This document shows positions 18,882 to 29,293 of a stretch of 64,000 nucleotides of DNA, in pieces. Source of the DNA: Bacillota bacterium (GTDB taxonomy: Bacteria > Bacillota > Clostridia > Lachnospirales > Lachnospiraceae). The stretch covers positions 26,755-90,754 of the forward strand of contig JAEWIZ010000034.1 in the NCBI GenBank assembly GCA_023386815.1, read 5' to 3'. The notes under the pieces were generated by a model that worked only from the letters and a program-made list of their open reading frames with translations, searched no databases and was not told the origin of the DNA. The position numbers and the translations under genes were made by a program. The stretch's first letter is position 1; each line of letters starts with the position of its first letter.

Positions 18882-20948
18882 ATGACAAATCAAAATAGTA
18901 ATGAATCAATGCTGGATATCTACCTGTTTGAGACCTTTCAGATGATCGAGCAGCTTGAGAAAATAATTCTGGGCATTGAAAAGGAAAGCCTTTTTTCACC
19001 GGATACAATCAATGAAATATTTCGAATTATGCACACAATCAAAGGGTCATCTGCAATGATGATGTTTCAGAGTATTTCGGAGCTGGCGCATGCGATGGAA
19101 GACCTTTTCTACTATCTGAGGGAAGAAGCACCTCAGATAGTAGATTATACAACAATAATCGACCTCTCCTTGGAGGGGATAGACTTTATCAGAATTGAAG
19201 CAGAGAAGATTAAAAATGGACTCCAAACGAATGGCAATGCAGCAAACCTGATCAGCCAGTTTCATGGTTTGCTTGAGATTTTACGAGGTGAGGACAAGAA
19301 CTGTTTGGGAGTAAAGGAGAATGTGGAAGACGCGAGGCAGACGATGGATGGGCTAAGCGAACTGGAGCCGGAATCAATGTTAGATACCTATACAGCTCTC
19401 ATTTTTTTTGATGAGGGCTGTCAGATGGAACATATCAGAGCATTTACCGTTTTATATAAGATGCGGGAGTTCTCAAGTGTATGCTACAGTATTCCGGAAG
19501 AAAAACAGCTTACGCAGGAAGATAGCTCAGACTTTATCAGGCAGCAAGGCTTCTGGGTTTGTTTTAAAACCAGCCTGGATTTGGAAAGCATCAATGATTT
19601 CTTCTACAGCACTATTTTCTTAAGAAGTCTGAAATTAGAGGCAGCTGGTAACCAAAGTCCACCGAAAGGAGTTACAAGGCTACAGCCTTCAAAAGAGAGT
19701 GCTTCTATGGCATTTGCTAATGGTAGTAAGTGTCTTGATAATACAGAAGTAGCTACGACGTCTGTAAAGTCTCAGGGTATCATCAGTGTTAGTCTGGATA
19801 AATTAGATATATTAATGGATTTAGTAGGTGAGATGGTAATTGCCAAGGCAATGGTAATTCAAAATCCCGATCTGAATGGTCTGGAGCTTGAAAATTTTCA
19901 TAAAGCAGCCAGTCAGCTGAATAAAATCACAGACGAAATTCAAGATATGGTAATGTCAATTCGTATGATTCCATTAGAGGCAACCTTTCAGAAAATGAAT
20001 CGTATCGTTCGAGATATGTGCAAGAAGCTGGGTAAGGAAGTGCAGCTGGAGATCATCGGTGAGGAAACAGAGGTTGATAAGAATATTATTGAACATTTAT
20101 CGGATCCTTTGATGCACCTGGTAAGAAATGCACTGGATCATGGAATTGAGACCCCGGAGGAAAGAATATCAAAGGGGAAGGCTGCAATCGGAACTATAAC
20201 CTTGGAAGCAAAGAACGCCGGCAGCGACGTTGTTATTACGGTTAAAGATGACGGAAGAGGCTTGGATAAGAATAAAATATACCAAACAGCTCTTAATCAC
20301 GGACTGATTTACAGTAACCTAGAGGATTGTTCGGACAAAGAATTATTTCGGCTGATATTACGTCCTGGATTCTCAACGAATGAGAATGTCACAGAATATT
20401 CAGGGCGCGGTGTAGGAATGGATGTAGTTGCCAATAATATTGAGTCGATTGGCGGAGCTCTGACTGTAGACAGTGAAGAAGGGTTAGGTACAGTGTTTAC
20501 CATAAAGATTCCGTTGACCCTGGCAATCATTGATGGTATGAATATCGGGATAGGTGAGTCTTGCTATACGATTCCAGTTACTTCGGTGAAAGAGACCTTT
20601 CGTCCTCTAGGGAAGGATATCATACGTGATCCGGATGGAAATATAATGATTATGGTAAGGGGAGAATGTTATCCACTGATCAGATTATATGAAATATATA
20701 ACATCAAAACAGAGATAACGGATATTTGTAAGGGGATTGTAATCATGCTGGAACAAAATGAGAGAATTGTCTGCATTTTGGCAGATCAACTAATTGGTAT
20801 GCAGCAGGTAGTAGTGAAAGCACTTCCTAGATATATACAGAGTTTAAGACGATCCAGGAATATCGCAGGATGCACGCTTTTGGGAGATGGAAGTATAAGC
20901 CTGATTATTGATATCGAAGGTCTGATCTCATCTAGTGTATATTGCTAA
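18882..20948 (+). CDS. cheA: Chemotaxis histidine kinase CheA
   Basis: HPt IFRIMHTIKGSS; HLVRNALDHG, DDGRG and SGRGVGMDVV boxes; C-terminal CheW domain. Confidence 0.95.
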   Translation: MTNQNSNESMLDIYLFETFQMIEQLEKIILGIEKESLFSPDTINEIFRIMHTIKGSSAMMMFQSISELAHAMEDLFYYLREEAPQIVDYTTIIDLSLEGIDFIRIEAEKIKNGLQTNGNAANLISQFHGLLEILRGEDKNCLGVKENVEDARQTMDGLSELEPESMLDTYTALIFFDEGCQMEHIRAFTVLYKMREFSSVCYSIPEEKQLTQEDSSDFIRQQGFWVCFKTSLDLESINDFFYSTIFLRSLKLEAAGNQSPPKGVTRLQPSKESASMAFANGSKCLDNTEVATTSVKSQGIISVSLDKLDILMDLVGEMVIAKAMVIQNPDLNGLELENFHKAASQLNKITDEIQDMVMSIRMIPLEATFQKMNRIVRDMCKKLGKEVQLEIIGEETEVDKNIIEHLSDPLMHLVRNALDHGIETPEERISKGKAAIGTITLEAKNAGSDVVITVKDDGRGLDKNKIYQTALNHGLIYSNLEDCSDKELFRLILRPGFSTNENVTEYSGRGVGMDVVANNIESIGGALTVDSEEGLGTVFTIKIPLTLAIIDGMNIGIGESCYTIPVTSVKETFRPLGKDIIRDPDGNIMIMVRGECYPLIRLYEIYNIKTEITDICKGIVIMLEQNERIVCILADQLIGMQQVVVKALPRYIQSLRRSRNIAGCTLLGDGSISLIIDIEGLISSSVYC

Positions 20949-20977
20949 ACTAAATTATTCTATGGCAGGGATATGTA

Positions 20978-22006
20978 ATGTGTATAAAAAGCATCGATGT
21001 ATTATTTTGTAATGAGGGTGATGTTTTGGCTACAGATATCTACAAAAAGGATGGAAGTACGCTGCTTATCACCAAGGATACCGTACTAAATGATTATATC
21101 AAGAATAGCCTGGTGAAGCATGGTGTACATACTATAAATATTTATGATACCGACATAGATAACGAGCTGGTAGGCTTTACAGATATGTATATAAGTACTG
21201 TAAATGAGACGAAGAAGATATTTCGCAATATTATTACCACAGGCACGGTAAAAGCCCAGCAGCTCATTGATATTGCGGATCATATCTACGGTAATATCAA
21301 CCGGAATCAAGAGATTATCAAATGTATGTCCTGTGTGCGGAGTATAGACGAGTATACCTATATACACAGTGTTAATGTAGCTTTCTATTCCATGATGTTA
21401 GCAAAATGGCTGAACCTTTCTAATGCAGAGATTAATGAGGCTATTCTGGCAGGGCTTTTGCATGATGTGGGAAAGATGAAGATTCCGCAGGAAATCCTGA
21501 ATAAGGCCGCTAAGCTTTCTAAGGATGAGTTTGAAATTATGAAACAGCACACGCTATATGGCTATGAGTTAGTTCATAATATAAAGGGCTTGAACCAAGA
21601 GATAAAGAAGGCTATACTGCTTCATCATGAGAGGATGGATGGTTCGGGATATCCATTTGGGTGTCGGGCAGATAAGCTGAATATATATGCTAAAATCGTT
21701 GCAATTGCTGATGTATTTGATGCTATGACAGCTGAAAGGGTGTATAAGAGTCAGAGCACACCTTTTGAGGCTTTTGAGATGTTTCTGACAGAGGGTGCCA
21801 GAACCTTTGATATTACAATGTTAAATACCTTTATGAGTAGAATGCCCAGCTACCTTACCGGCATTAAGGTATTGCTTAGCAATGGAGAAGCAGGAGATAT
21901 CGTATTTGTTCCCTTGCAAAGTATAACCTGTCCAATTATTAAAATTAAAGATGACTATATCGATCTCTCCAGTATACAAACAATAAAAATTGATAAACTT
22001 ATCTAG
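20978..22006 (+). CDS. HD-GYP domain c-di-GMP phosphodiesterase
   Basis: DEYTYIHS, LLHDVGK, HHERMDGSGYP and IVAIADVFDAMT motifs. Confidence 0.92.
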   Translation: MCIKSIDVLFCNEGDVLATDIYKKDGSTLLITKDTVLNDYIKNSLVKHGVHTINIYDTDIDNELVGFTDMYISTVNETKKIFRNIITTGTVKAQQLIDIADHIYGNINRNQEIIKCMSCVRSIDEYTYIHSVNVAFYSMMLAKWLNLSNAEINEAILAGLLHDVGKMKIPQEILNKAAKLSKDEFEIMKQHTLYGYELVHNIKGLNQEIKKAILLHHERMDGSGYPFGCRADKLNIYAKIVAIADVFDAMTAERVYKSQSTPFEAFEMFLTEGARTFDITMLNTFMSRMPSYLTGIKVLLSNGEAGDIVFVPLQSITCPIIKIKDDYIDLSSIQTIKIDKLI

Positions 22007-22133
22007 ACATCAATCTCCATATAAAAAATCTCAGTTCCTATTGCTTTGATTTCTTGATCATGATATATTAATGTGCGGAAACTTCAAAATTACATTCATA
22101 TGCAGGATTTGCTTAGAACTGAGGAATAAGAAA

Positions 22134-22943
22134 ATGAAATACAAGATGATAGCCCTCGATTTAGATGGTACGTTAAACAACGACCAGAAGAAAATAACGG
22201 CGAGGACAAAAGAAGCATTAATTGCTGTTCAAAAAAAGGGTGTGAAGGTGGTGCTTGCTTCCGGCCGCCCGATCACAGGACTAAAGCGGGAATGCGAGGC
22301 GCTGGAGCTGGAGAAATATAACGGTATCCTCTTATCTTATAATGGCGGTAAAGTAGTCGATGCGACGACGAAGAAGGTGCTTTATGAGAAAAGTCTGCCA
22401 AGGGAGACAGCGGTTCGATTATTAAGACACATAGAAGAGTATCCGGTGACTCCGATTGTTGATAACGGGAAAGATTATGTTACCACAAGCAGGGACGAGT
22501 TTATGATAGAGGCAGAGAGTAAGTTGAATAATCTGGGAATTAGGGAAGTGGATAATATTGCCGCGTCGGTAGATTTCAACCCAGTAAAGGTTCTTATGGC
22601 TGCGCCAAAGGAAGTGCTGGATCCAACGATAGAAAAGATTATGGAACCCTTTCAGCAGGAGATATCCTTTGTACAGTCTTCACCGATATTCCTTGAGGCT
22701 ATGATGAAAGGGATTAATAAGGCAAGCTCCTTGCAGGCGGTATGTGATAGGCTGGATATCAAACCGGAGGAAGTGATAGCCTTTGGGGATGAGAAGAATG
22801 ATATAAGAATGATTCAATTTGCCGGACTGGGTGTAGCAATGGGAAATGCCTGTGAACCGTTGAAGGAAATTGCTGATGAGATTACGTTATCAAATAATGA
22901 AGATGGAATTGCTCATGTATTAGAGAAGTATTATGATCTCTAA
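22134..22943 (+). CDS. Cof-type HAD-IIB hydrolase
   Basis: DLDGTL, LASGR, AFGDEKND and GVAMGNA motifs. Confidence 0.92.
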   Translation: MKYKMIALDLDGTLNNDQKKITARTKEALIAVQKKGVKVVLASGRPITGLKRECEALELEKYNGILLSYNGGKVVDATTKKVLYEKSLPRETAVRLLRHIEEYPVTPIVDNGKDYVTTSRDEFMIEAESKLNNLGIREVDNIAASVDFNPVKVLMAAPKEVLDPTIEKIMEPFQQEISFVQSSPIFLEAMMKGINKASSLQAVCDRLDIKPEEVIAFGDEKNDIRMIQFAGLGVAMGNACEPLKEIADEITLSNNEDGIAHVLEKYYDL

Positions 22944-23320
22944 TATGAAATAAATGTAAGTGGTGTGAATAATTATTTCATATTGAAAAATAATAGGAAC
23001 CAGGATAATCATTTGATATGCCCAAATTTAGGTGGATCGGATTGATTGTTCTGGTTTAATTTTGTTTTGAAGAGTGAATTATCTTACTGGTTCCTTTGTT
23101 ATGATTGAATTTTTGGTAAGTTTATCAATTTTATGGATAATTTTATGAAATATTTATATATATAGAAGCGTAAACAGTGCTATAATAAAGATATAAAAGT
23201 GAGGCAGTTTCACTTTAGACTGAAACAATGTCCTCTGTCTGATTCAAAACTCAAAAGGCACAGGTGAGAATTAGACCTGGGATGAATTTAAATATTTGGA
23301 AGATGAAGGAGTGAGGCGCG

Positions 23321-24784
23321 ATGGAGCATATCAAAAAGCAGGCATTTAATCCGTATTTACCAAGTTATGAATACATCCCTGATGGGGAACCCTATGTATT
23401 CGGAGACAGGGTGTATGTGTTCGGTTCCCACGACAGATTTGGCGGCAAAGCTTTTTGTATGAATGATTATGTATGTTGGTCAGCACCCGTAACAGATTTG
23501 GCTGATTGGCGTTATGAAGGAGTTATTTACAAGAAGACACAGGATCCCATGAATAAAGATGGAAAGCATATGCTGTATGCACCGGATGTTGCCAAGGGGA
23601 TAGATGGAAGATATTATCTTTATTATGTTTTTGACTTTCTGAGTGTTATGGCAGTGGCAGTATGTGATACTCCTGCTGGAAAATACGAATTTTATGGTTA
23701 TATAAAAAATCCGGACGGATCAATTCTATGGCAGAAGGATGGGGATCCCTTCTTGTTTGATCCCGGGGTCTTAGTTGACGATGATGGAAGAGTATATCTT
23801 TATTCTGGCTTTGCTCCAAAAAGCGGAGTCTTTTCATTGTTATCTAACAGGAATCGCCGAATGGATGGCGGTTATGTCATAGAACTGGAAGCTGATATGA
23901 AGACAGTAAAAGGGAAGCCGAAGAAGCTCTTTTTGAAAGCGGGAGAAGCACAGGGAACCGGGTTTGAAGGACATGAGTTTTTTGAGGCCAGTTCAATTCG
24001 AAAGATTAAGGATACCTATTACTTTATCTATTCCTCGATTAACGGCCATGAGCTTTGCTATGCGACAAGTAAAAGCCCAACAGAAGGGTTTGTGTATGGC
24101 GGAACGATCATCAGTAACGGTGAACTTTATCTGAATGGTCATACGAAGGATACGAAAGCCTATAACTATATCGGAAACAATCACGGAAGTATTGTTGAAA
24201 TAAACGGTCAGTGGTATGTATTCCATCACAGACAGACCAATCGCCATATGTTCTCCAGGCAGGGTATGGCAGAGCCAATTACCATTCTGCCCGATGGCTC
24301 CATACCACAGGTAGAGCTGACCAGCTGTGGTTTAAACGGAGGACCCCTTCTGGGAGAAGGCGTATACGAGGCCAGAATAGCATGCCATATGAGATATGCA
24401 TTCGGTGCAGGTCGCTATGGTTTTGGATTGCAGAACCTGGTATTTTACAGACATCCTTACTTTACCCAGGAGGGTGAAGACAGAGAAGATAATCCAAATC
24501 AATACATTGCGAATATGCATAATGGGGCTTGGGTTGGCTTTAAGTATTTTGAAATCAATGGGCTAAGGTCTATTGCTGTGAAGATACGTGGAAAGGCAAA
24601 CGGAAGACTTCAGGTGTTTGATGGTATGAGAGGGAAGTTGGTTGGAGAAGTTATTGTGAAGCCTACGACACGTTGGACCATATTTAAGGCTTTGCTTAAG
24701 ATATCGAGTGGAAAGAAAGCACTATATTTCGTTTATCGCGGTAGTGGTGCTATTGATTTTAAAGAATTCCAATTGAAAAAATAA
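23321..24784 (+). CDS. GH43 glycoside hydrolase with C-terminal CBM6-like domain
   Basis: PDGEP, YAPD, FDPG, FFEASS and NNHGS motifs; C-terminal GAWVGFKYF...LYFVYRG module. Confidence 0.88.
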   Translation: MEHIKKQAFNPYLPSYEYIPDGEPYVFGDRVYVFGSHDRFGGKAFCMNDYVCWSAPVTDLADWRYEGVIYKKTQDPMNKDGKHMLYAPDVAKGIDGRYYLYYVFDFLSVMAVAVCDTPAGKYEFYGYIKNPDGSILWQKDGDPFLFDPGVLVDDDGRVYLYSGFAPKSGVFSLLSNRNRRMDGGYVIELEADMKTVKGKPKKLFLKAGEAQGTGFEGHEFFEASSIRKIKDTYYFIYSSINGHELCYATSKSPTEGFVYGGTIISNGELYLNGHTKDTKAYNYIGNNHGSIVEINGQWYVFHHRQTNRHMFSRQGMAEPITILPDGSIPQVELTSCGLNGGPLLGEGVYEARIACHMRYAFGAGRYGFGLQNLVFYRHPYFTQEGEDREDNPNQYIANMHNGAWVGFKYFEINGLRSIAVKIRGKANGRLQVFDGMRGKLVGEVIVKPTTRWTIFKALLKISSGKKALYFVYRGSGAIDFKEFQLKK

Positions 24785-24793
24785 GTAAAACAA

Positions 24794-24838
24794 AAAGCCA
24801 GTATAGAAGTATTGAAAAAATGCTTCTGCACTGGCTTT
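24794..24838. terminator. Bidirectional terminator
   Basis: AAAGCCAGT...ACTGGCTTT long stem between convergent genes. Confidence 0.7.
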
Positions 24839-24890
24839 GGTTTATTAAGCATATTGATAAATGCTAGAATTAGCAGTAGTATGCTTATGT

Positions 24891-25910
24891 TTAAATACTT
24901 GCTACACTCTCTCTTATCTCTAAGGTCGTATTTAAAGCAATCTTAAAGGATGCATCATTAGGATCATTAATTTTCTCGATTAATCTGATAACAGCCCGTA
25001 TTCCTAGCATTTCTTTTGCAACACGTATAGTTGTCAGTTTAGGTGAGGTGACATAGGCCATAGGTGTATCGTCAAAGCCTACAATAGAAATATCCTGAGG
25101 TATCTTATAGCCGGCTTCCTTCAGGGCGCGCATACAGGAGATGGCAATTATATCATTATCAGCAAAAAATGCGGTAGGTAAGTTCGGCCTTTTCTCAAGA
25201 AATGCCTTCATATCCTCATAAGCGCCTTCCGTGGTAGGACGCAGGCGGATAGTGTTATAAATACTGTCGCAGGTTTTGGAGGAGCGGTTCACTGCCTTAA
25301 CAAAGCCTTCGTGACGTTCCTTGAAATTGTTGATTTCAACAGAGGATGCTAAGTGACCAATTCGGGAATGCCCATGATCAATCAGATGACTAGTTGCGAG
25401 GTAGGCACCCTGGATATTATCTATTACAATACAATCTAAATTATAGTTTTCGAAATAACTGTCAAGTACCACAACGGAGCGGTTGGCAGACGAAAACCAC
25501 TTAATATCTTCTTCCGACATTTCTGTAGCCAGTAATATAAGCCCCGCACATTCGGATAGATTCAAGGAGCGCAGCTGTTCCTTACGATCTTGGTTGCCAT
25601 AGAGATAGGTGACCAGAAGACTGTAACCGACTTTTTTAACTTGCTTACTGATGCCTTCAATTACTGCTGAGAAGAAAGGGGTATCTCCATAAACCATACC
25701 ATGCTTTTTAAAAATAACTAAATTGATAAACAGGGAGCGGGTCTTCCCGGTGCTTGGTTTGTCTGATTTATGAATCCCGTATTCCTTGGCTGCCTTTAAA
25801 ATCCTTTCACGGGTGTCCGGGCTAATGCCCTCTTTATGATTTAAGGCGATCGATATGGCAGAGGGAGATACGCCAAGGATTGCCGCAAGTTCTTTGGATG
25901 AAATGGCCAT
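24891..25910 (-). CDS. LacI family regulator
   Basis: N-terminal HTH (ELAAILGVSPSAISIALN); PQDISIVGFDD and PKLTTI motifs. Confidence 0.92.
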   Translation of the reverse strand: MAISSKELAAILGVSPSAISIALNHKEGISPDTRERILKAAKEYGIHKSDKPSTGKTRSLFINLVIFKKHGMVYGDTPFFSAVIEGISKQVKKVGYSLLVTYLYGNQDRKEQLRSLNLSECAGLILLATEMSEEDIKWFSSANRSVVVLDSYFENYNLDCIVIDNIQGAYLATSHLIDHGHSRIGHLASSVEINNFKERHEGFVKAVNRSSKTCDSIYNTIRLRPTTEGAYEDMKAFLEKRPNLPTAFFADNDIIAISCMRALKEAGYKIPQDISIVGFDDTPMAYVTSPKLTTIRVAKEMLGIRAVIRLIEKINDPNDASFKIALNTTLEIRESVASI

Positions 25911-26349
25911 AGTTAATTCTCCGATTCTTAATCTGTATTTCTGATTTGAATTTTAGTGGATTACGATTTTTTTGTCAACAATTTATGCTAAATAATTTAA
26001 ATAAATTACTAGAATTTAATTACTAAATAATTAACTAAATTATATACTAAATAAGTGGCTAGAAACCATGAATAGATAATTAATTGTTGTATATATGTGA
26101 TAATTGCTAGTATTATTCCTTGGGTATTGTGCAGATTATACAATGGGATCTTGACTGTGCTGAGCTCTAGATTTACAATTAAATATATAAATTGAGTTGC
26201 AAACAAGAAAATAAAATTATCACTGCATTTTATCACTACATGATAGAAAGCTTCTAAAGAAATATCTACAGTACACCAACACAGGGTAAAAACGTGTTGT
26301 TTCACTATATTCAATCCAAAAAACTGATAGGAAAGAGGAGTATTTATCT

Positions 26350-27372
26350 ATGAAAAGGAATGAGATATTGGCTAGACTTGGATTTACTGTTCCGAATTTA
26401 AAGAAAAAACGGGTTATTATCCACTCTGATGTGAGAAATGAAGCAGATGACCCCTTTGCAATTATGCACCACCTATTAACACCTTCTGTCGAAGTGAAAG
26501 GAATTGTTGCCGGACATTTCGAATGGATTGCAAGAATGCTGCCTACGATGGCAAAACTGCAGGGTCTAACTTTAGAACAGCTACAAACTTCCAATAATAA
26601 TATGTTTGCAGCGAGGGGAACCAGTATGGAGTTAAGCTACCAGGAAGGTAAGAGGATCCTTGATCTGGCTGAAATTGATGATATTCCGTTGATTCGCGGT
26701 TCTAAGTACGAGCTTACCGACCTGAGTCAGCTGCCGGAGAGCGAAGGTGCTGATTTTATTATACAGGAAGCTATGAAAGAAGATGACAGGCCGCTTTATG
26801 TTGCACTTATGGGGTGTATGACAGATTTAGCTATCGCCTATCTGAAGGAGCCAAGAATTGCTGATCGTGTCATTGCCATCTGGATTGGAGGAGGTGCTTA
26901 TCCGGCTGGTGAGGATGAATTCAATTTGAAACAGGATATCAAAGCAGCTAATGTGGTATTTGAAAGTCCGATTGAAGTATGGCAGGTACCTAAGAATACA
27001 TATAAGACAATTGAGATTAGTTTCGCAGAGCTTATAAAATATGTAAAGCCTTGTGGAGCCCTGGGAGAATACTTATGTGAGCAGATGTTTGCACTCAATG
27101 ATAAACTGGGGAATTCTCCGCATATGGCTAACCGGGCGTTTCCTCATGGGGAGACCTGGTGTATTGGAGATAATCCGACACTTACCGTTCTTATGCAGAA
27201 TGGAGAACGAATATCCTGGCATATGGAAAAGGCACCTCACATTGAGGAGGATACAACTTATACGCCGAATCCGGAAGGAAAAGAGATTCGAGTATATGAT
27301 TCCATTGATACAAGAATGAGCATCAGTGACTTATTTGCAAAATTAGATCTTTGCTATGGTAATAAGAAATAA
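26350..27372 (+). CDS. Nucleoside hydrolase family protein
   Basis: Degenerate DxDxxxDD motif (HSDVRNEADD), WIGGG and EFNL motifs. Confidence 0.8.
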   Translation: MKRNEILARLGFTVPNLKKKRVIIHSDVRNEADDPFAIMHHLLTPSVEVKGIVAGHFEWIARMLPTMAKLQGLTLEQLQTSNNNMFAARGTSMELSYQEGKRILDLAEIDDIPLIRGSKYELTDLSQLPESEGADFIIQEAMKEDDRPLYVALMGCMTDLAIAYLKEPRIADRVIAIWIGGGAYPAGEDEFNLKQDIKAANVVFESPIEVWQVPKNTYKTIEISFAELIKYVKPCGALGEYLCEQMFALNDKLGNSPHMANRAFPHGETWCIGDNPTLTVLMQNGERISWHMEKAPHIEEDTTYTPNPEGKEIRVYDSIDTRMSISDLFAKLDLCYGNKK

Positions 27373-27444
27373 TTACTTTTAGAGAAGTAATAACAATGCT
27401 TTATTCATAAAACACGATATAACTACAATTGCGGAGGTAACACA

Positions 27445-28437
27445 ATGTTAAAAGAAAAGCCGATTCCATTTCCATTTGAAAAAGGATTAAGAGTTATTGT
27501 TGACACTGATTGTAACTGCGAATGCGATGACCAGTATGCAGTGGCACATTTTCTTATGACCCCGAAGCTAGATATTAAGGCAATCATAGCTACACATTAT
27601 GGGGAAGAAAACTCGGAGCAGGAAAGCTATGATGAAATTGTCAAGGTGACAGAGCTGATGGGTTTAAAGGGTGAAGTGAATATTCTTCATGGAGCACCAA
27701 CAGCACTCGTGGATGAACATACTGCGATTGATAATGAAGGAGCAAGATTCATCATTGAAGAGGCGATGAAGGAGGATCCGAGGCCACTATTTGTATGTCA
27801 TCAGGGTGCGGTAACAAATCTTGCTTGTGCCTATCTTATGGAACCTAAGATTGCAGAGCGCTTGACCGTAATATGGATCGGCGGCGGTGCTTACCCTCAG
27901 GGAGGCAGAGAATTTAATCAGAACAACGACTTAAAGGCAGCTAGAATCCTGTTTAAATCAGACCTGAAGCTATGGCAGGTGCCTATGAATGTATATACTA
28001 CCATGAGATTTTCCTTTATGGAGATTTTAACTAGAATCTACCCCTGCGGAGAGCTAGGTAAATACCTATATGAGAACACCATGGTCAAAGGAAAAAAAAT
28101 CATGAATGGTATTCGTGCTATTGTATCTTCAAGCTTAGAGGAATCGAAAGGTGAAATTGATCCTGATGCTCCAAGCTTTATGAGAATGGATGCTACGGAT
28201 CTAGAAGTATTTTGTAATGCAGAATCCTGGTCTTTGGGTGATTCCCCCTGCGTTGGACTTCTTCATAATCCCAGTATTGGGAAATGGCATATGGCCTCTG
28301 CCCCCTATGATCTCTTACCAGATGGAAGCTATGACCTATCGAAGCCCGGCAGCAGGATGATCCGTATCTATGAAGAAGTTGATGCAAGATTTATTTTGGA
28401 TGATATGTGTGCAAAGTTTAAATATTACTTTGGTTAA
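27445..28437 (+). CDS. Nucleoside hydrolase family protein (paralog of the upstream gene)
   Basis: DTDCNCECDD, WIGGGAYP and EFN motifs. Confidence 0.82.
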   Translation: MLKEKPIPFPFEKGLRVIVDTDCNCECDDQYAVAHFLMTPKLDIKAIIATHYGEENSEQESYDEIVKVTELMGLKGEVNILHGAPTALVDEHTAIDNEGARFIIEEAMKEDPRPLFVCHQGAVTNLACAYLMEPKIAERLTVIWIGGGAYPQGGREFNQNNDLKAARILFKSDLKLWQVPMNVYTTMRFSFMEILTRIYPCGELGKYLYENTMVKGKKIMNGIRAIVSSSLEESKGEIDPDAPSFMRMDATDLEVFCNAESWSLGDSPCVGLLHNPSIGKWHMASAPYDLLPDGSYDLSKPGSRMIRIYEEVDARFILDDMCAKFKYYFG

Positions 28438-28479
28438 TGGATTCGAACTGGTGATTAATATTAGAAAAGGATGAGGCAG

Positions 28480-29292
28480 ATGGATTTAAAAAAAATAGCA
28501 TTTGATAGAAGATTAGAAGTCTTAGACATGATATACAGTAAAAAATCCGGCCATATTGGCGGCAGCATGTCCTGTATGGATATTCTGACTAGCTTATACT
28601 ACTGCGTTATGGATGTACAAAAGATCAAGGAGCATCATGAAGATCGAGACCGCTTTATCCTGAGTAAGGGTCATTGCTCTGAGGCTCTGTATACGGTATT
28701 AGCAGACTGTGGTTTCTACGATAAGGCAGAGCTTGAAACCTATACCAGATTCGGAACAAAGTTTGCAGAGCATCCGACAAAGGGTATTAACGGAATTGAA
28801 ATAGCAACAGGAGCCCTTGGACATGGTTTGTCTGCAGGAGTTGGAATGGCAATCTCTCTTAAGAATAGGAAGTCTGAGGCACATGTTTATGTACTCATGG
28901 GCGATGGTGAGCAAGCGGAAGGCTCTATTTGGGAAGCCACTATGGCAGCATCGAAGTATGAATTAGACAATTTGACTATGATAATTGATCGAAATAGACT
29001 TCAAATCAGCGGCGGTACAGAGGATGTCATGCCTCTGGATAATCTGGCAGAGAAGTATCAAGCTTTTGGATGTCATGTTGTAACCTGTGACGGACATAAT
29101 TATGAGGAATTACTTCCGGCACTGAAGGAACGTAAAGCTAAACAACCGACAGTGGTTGTTGCAAATACAATTAAAGGCTATGGCTCCTCTATTATGGCAA
29201 ATAAAGCGGATTGGCATCACAACATTCCAAATACAGAGGAATATGAGCAGCTAAAATCGGATTTAACTAAGAAAGGGATGGAGGTGTCGTAA
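28480..29292 (+). CDS. Transketolase N-terminal subunit (AptA-like)
   Basis: SGHIGGS, DRDRFILSKGH and the GDGE...N TPP-binding motif. Confidence 0.92.
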   Translation: MDLKKIAFDRRLEVLDMIYSKKSGHIGGSMSCMDILTSLYYCVMDVQKIKEHHEDRDRFILSKGHCSEALYTVLADCGFYDKAELETYTRFGTKFAEHPTKGINGIEIATGALGHGLSAGVGMAISLKNRKSEAHVYVLMGDGEQAEGSIWEATMAASKYELDNLTMIIDRNRLQISGGTEDVMPLDNLAEKYQAFGCHVVTCDGHNYEELLPALKERKAKQPTVVVANTIKGYGSSIMANKADWHHNIPNTEEYEQLKSDLTKKGMEVS

Positions 29293-29293
29293 T

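Noticed and set aside
23160..23300. Riboswitch in the GH43 leader
   Set aside because: Only short hairpins, with no recognisable aptamer or terminator
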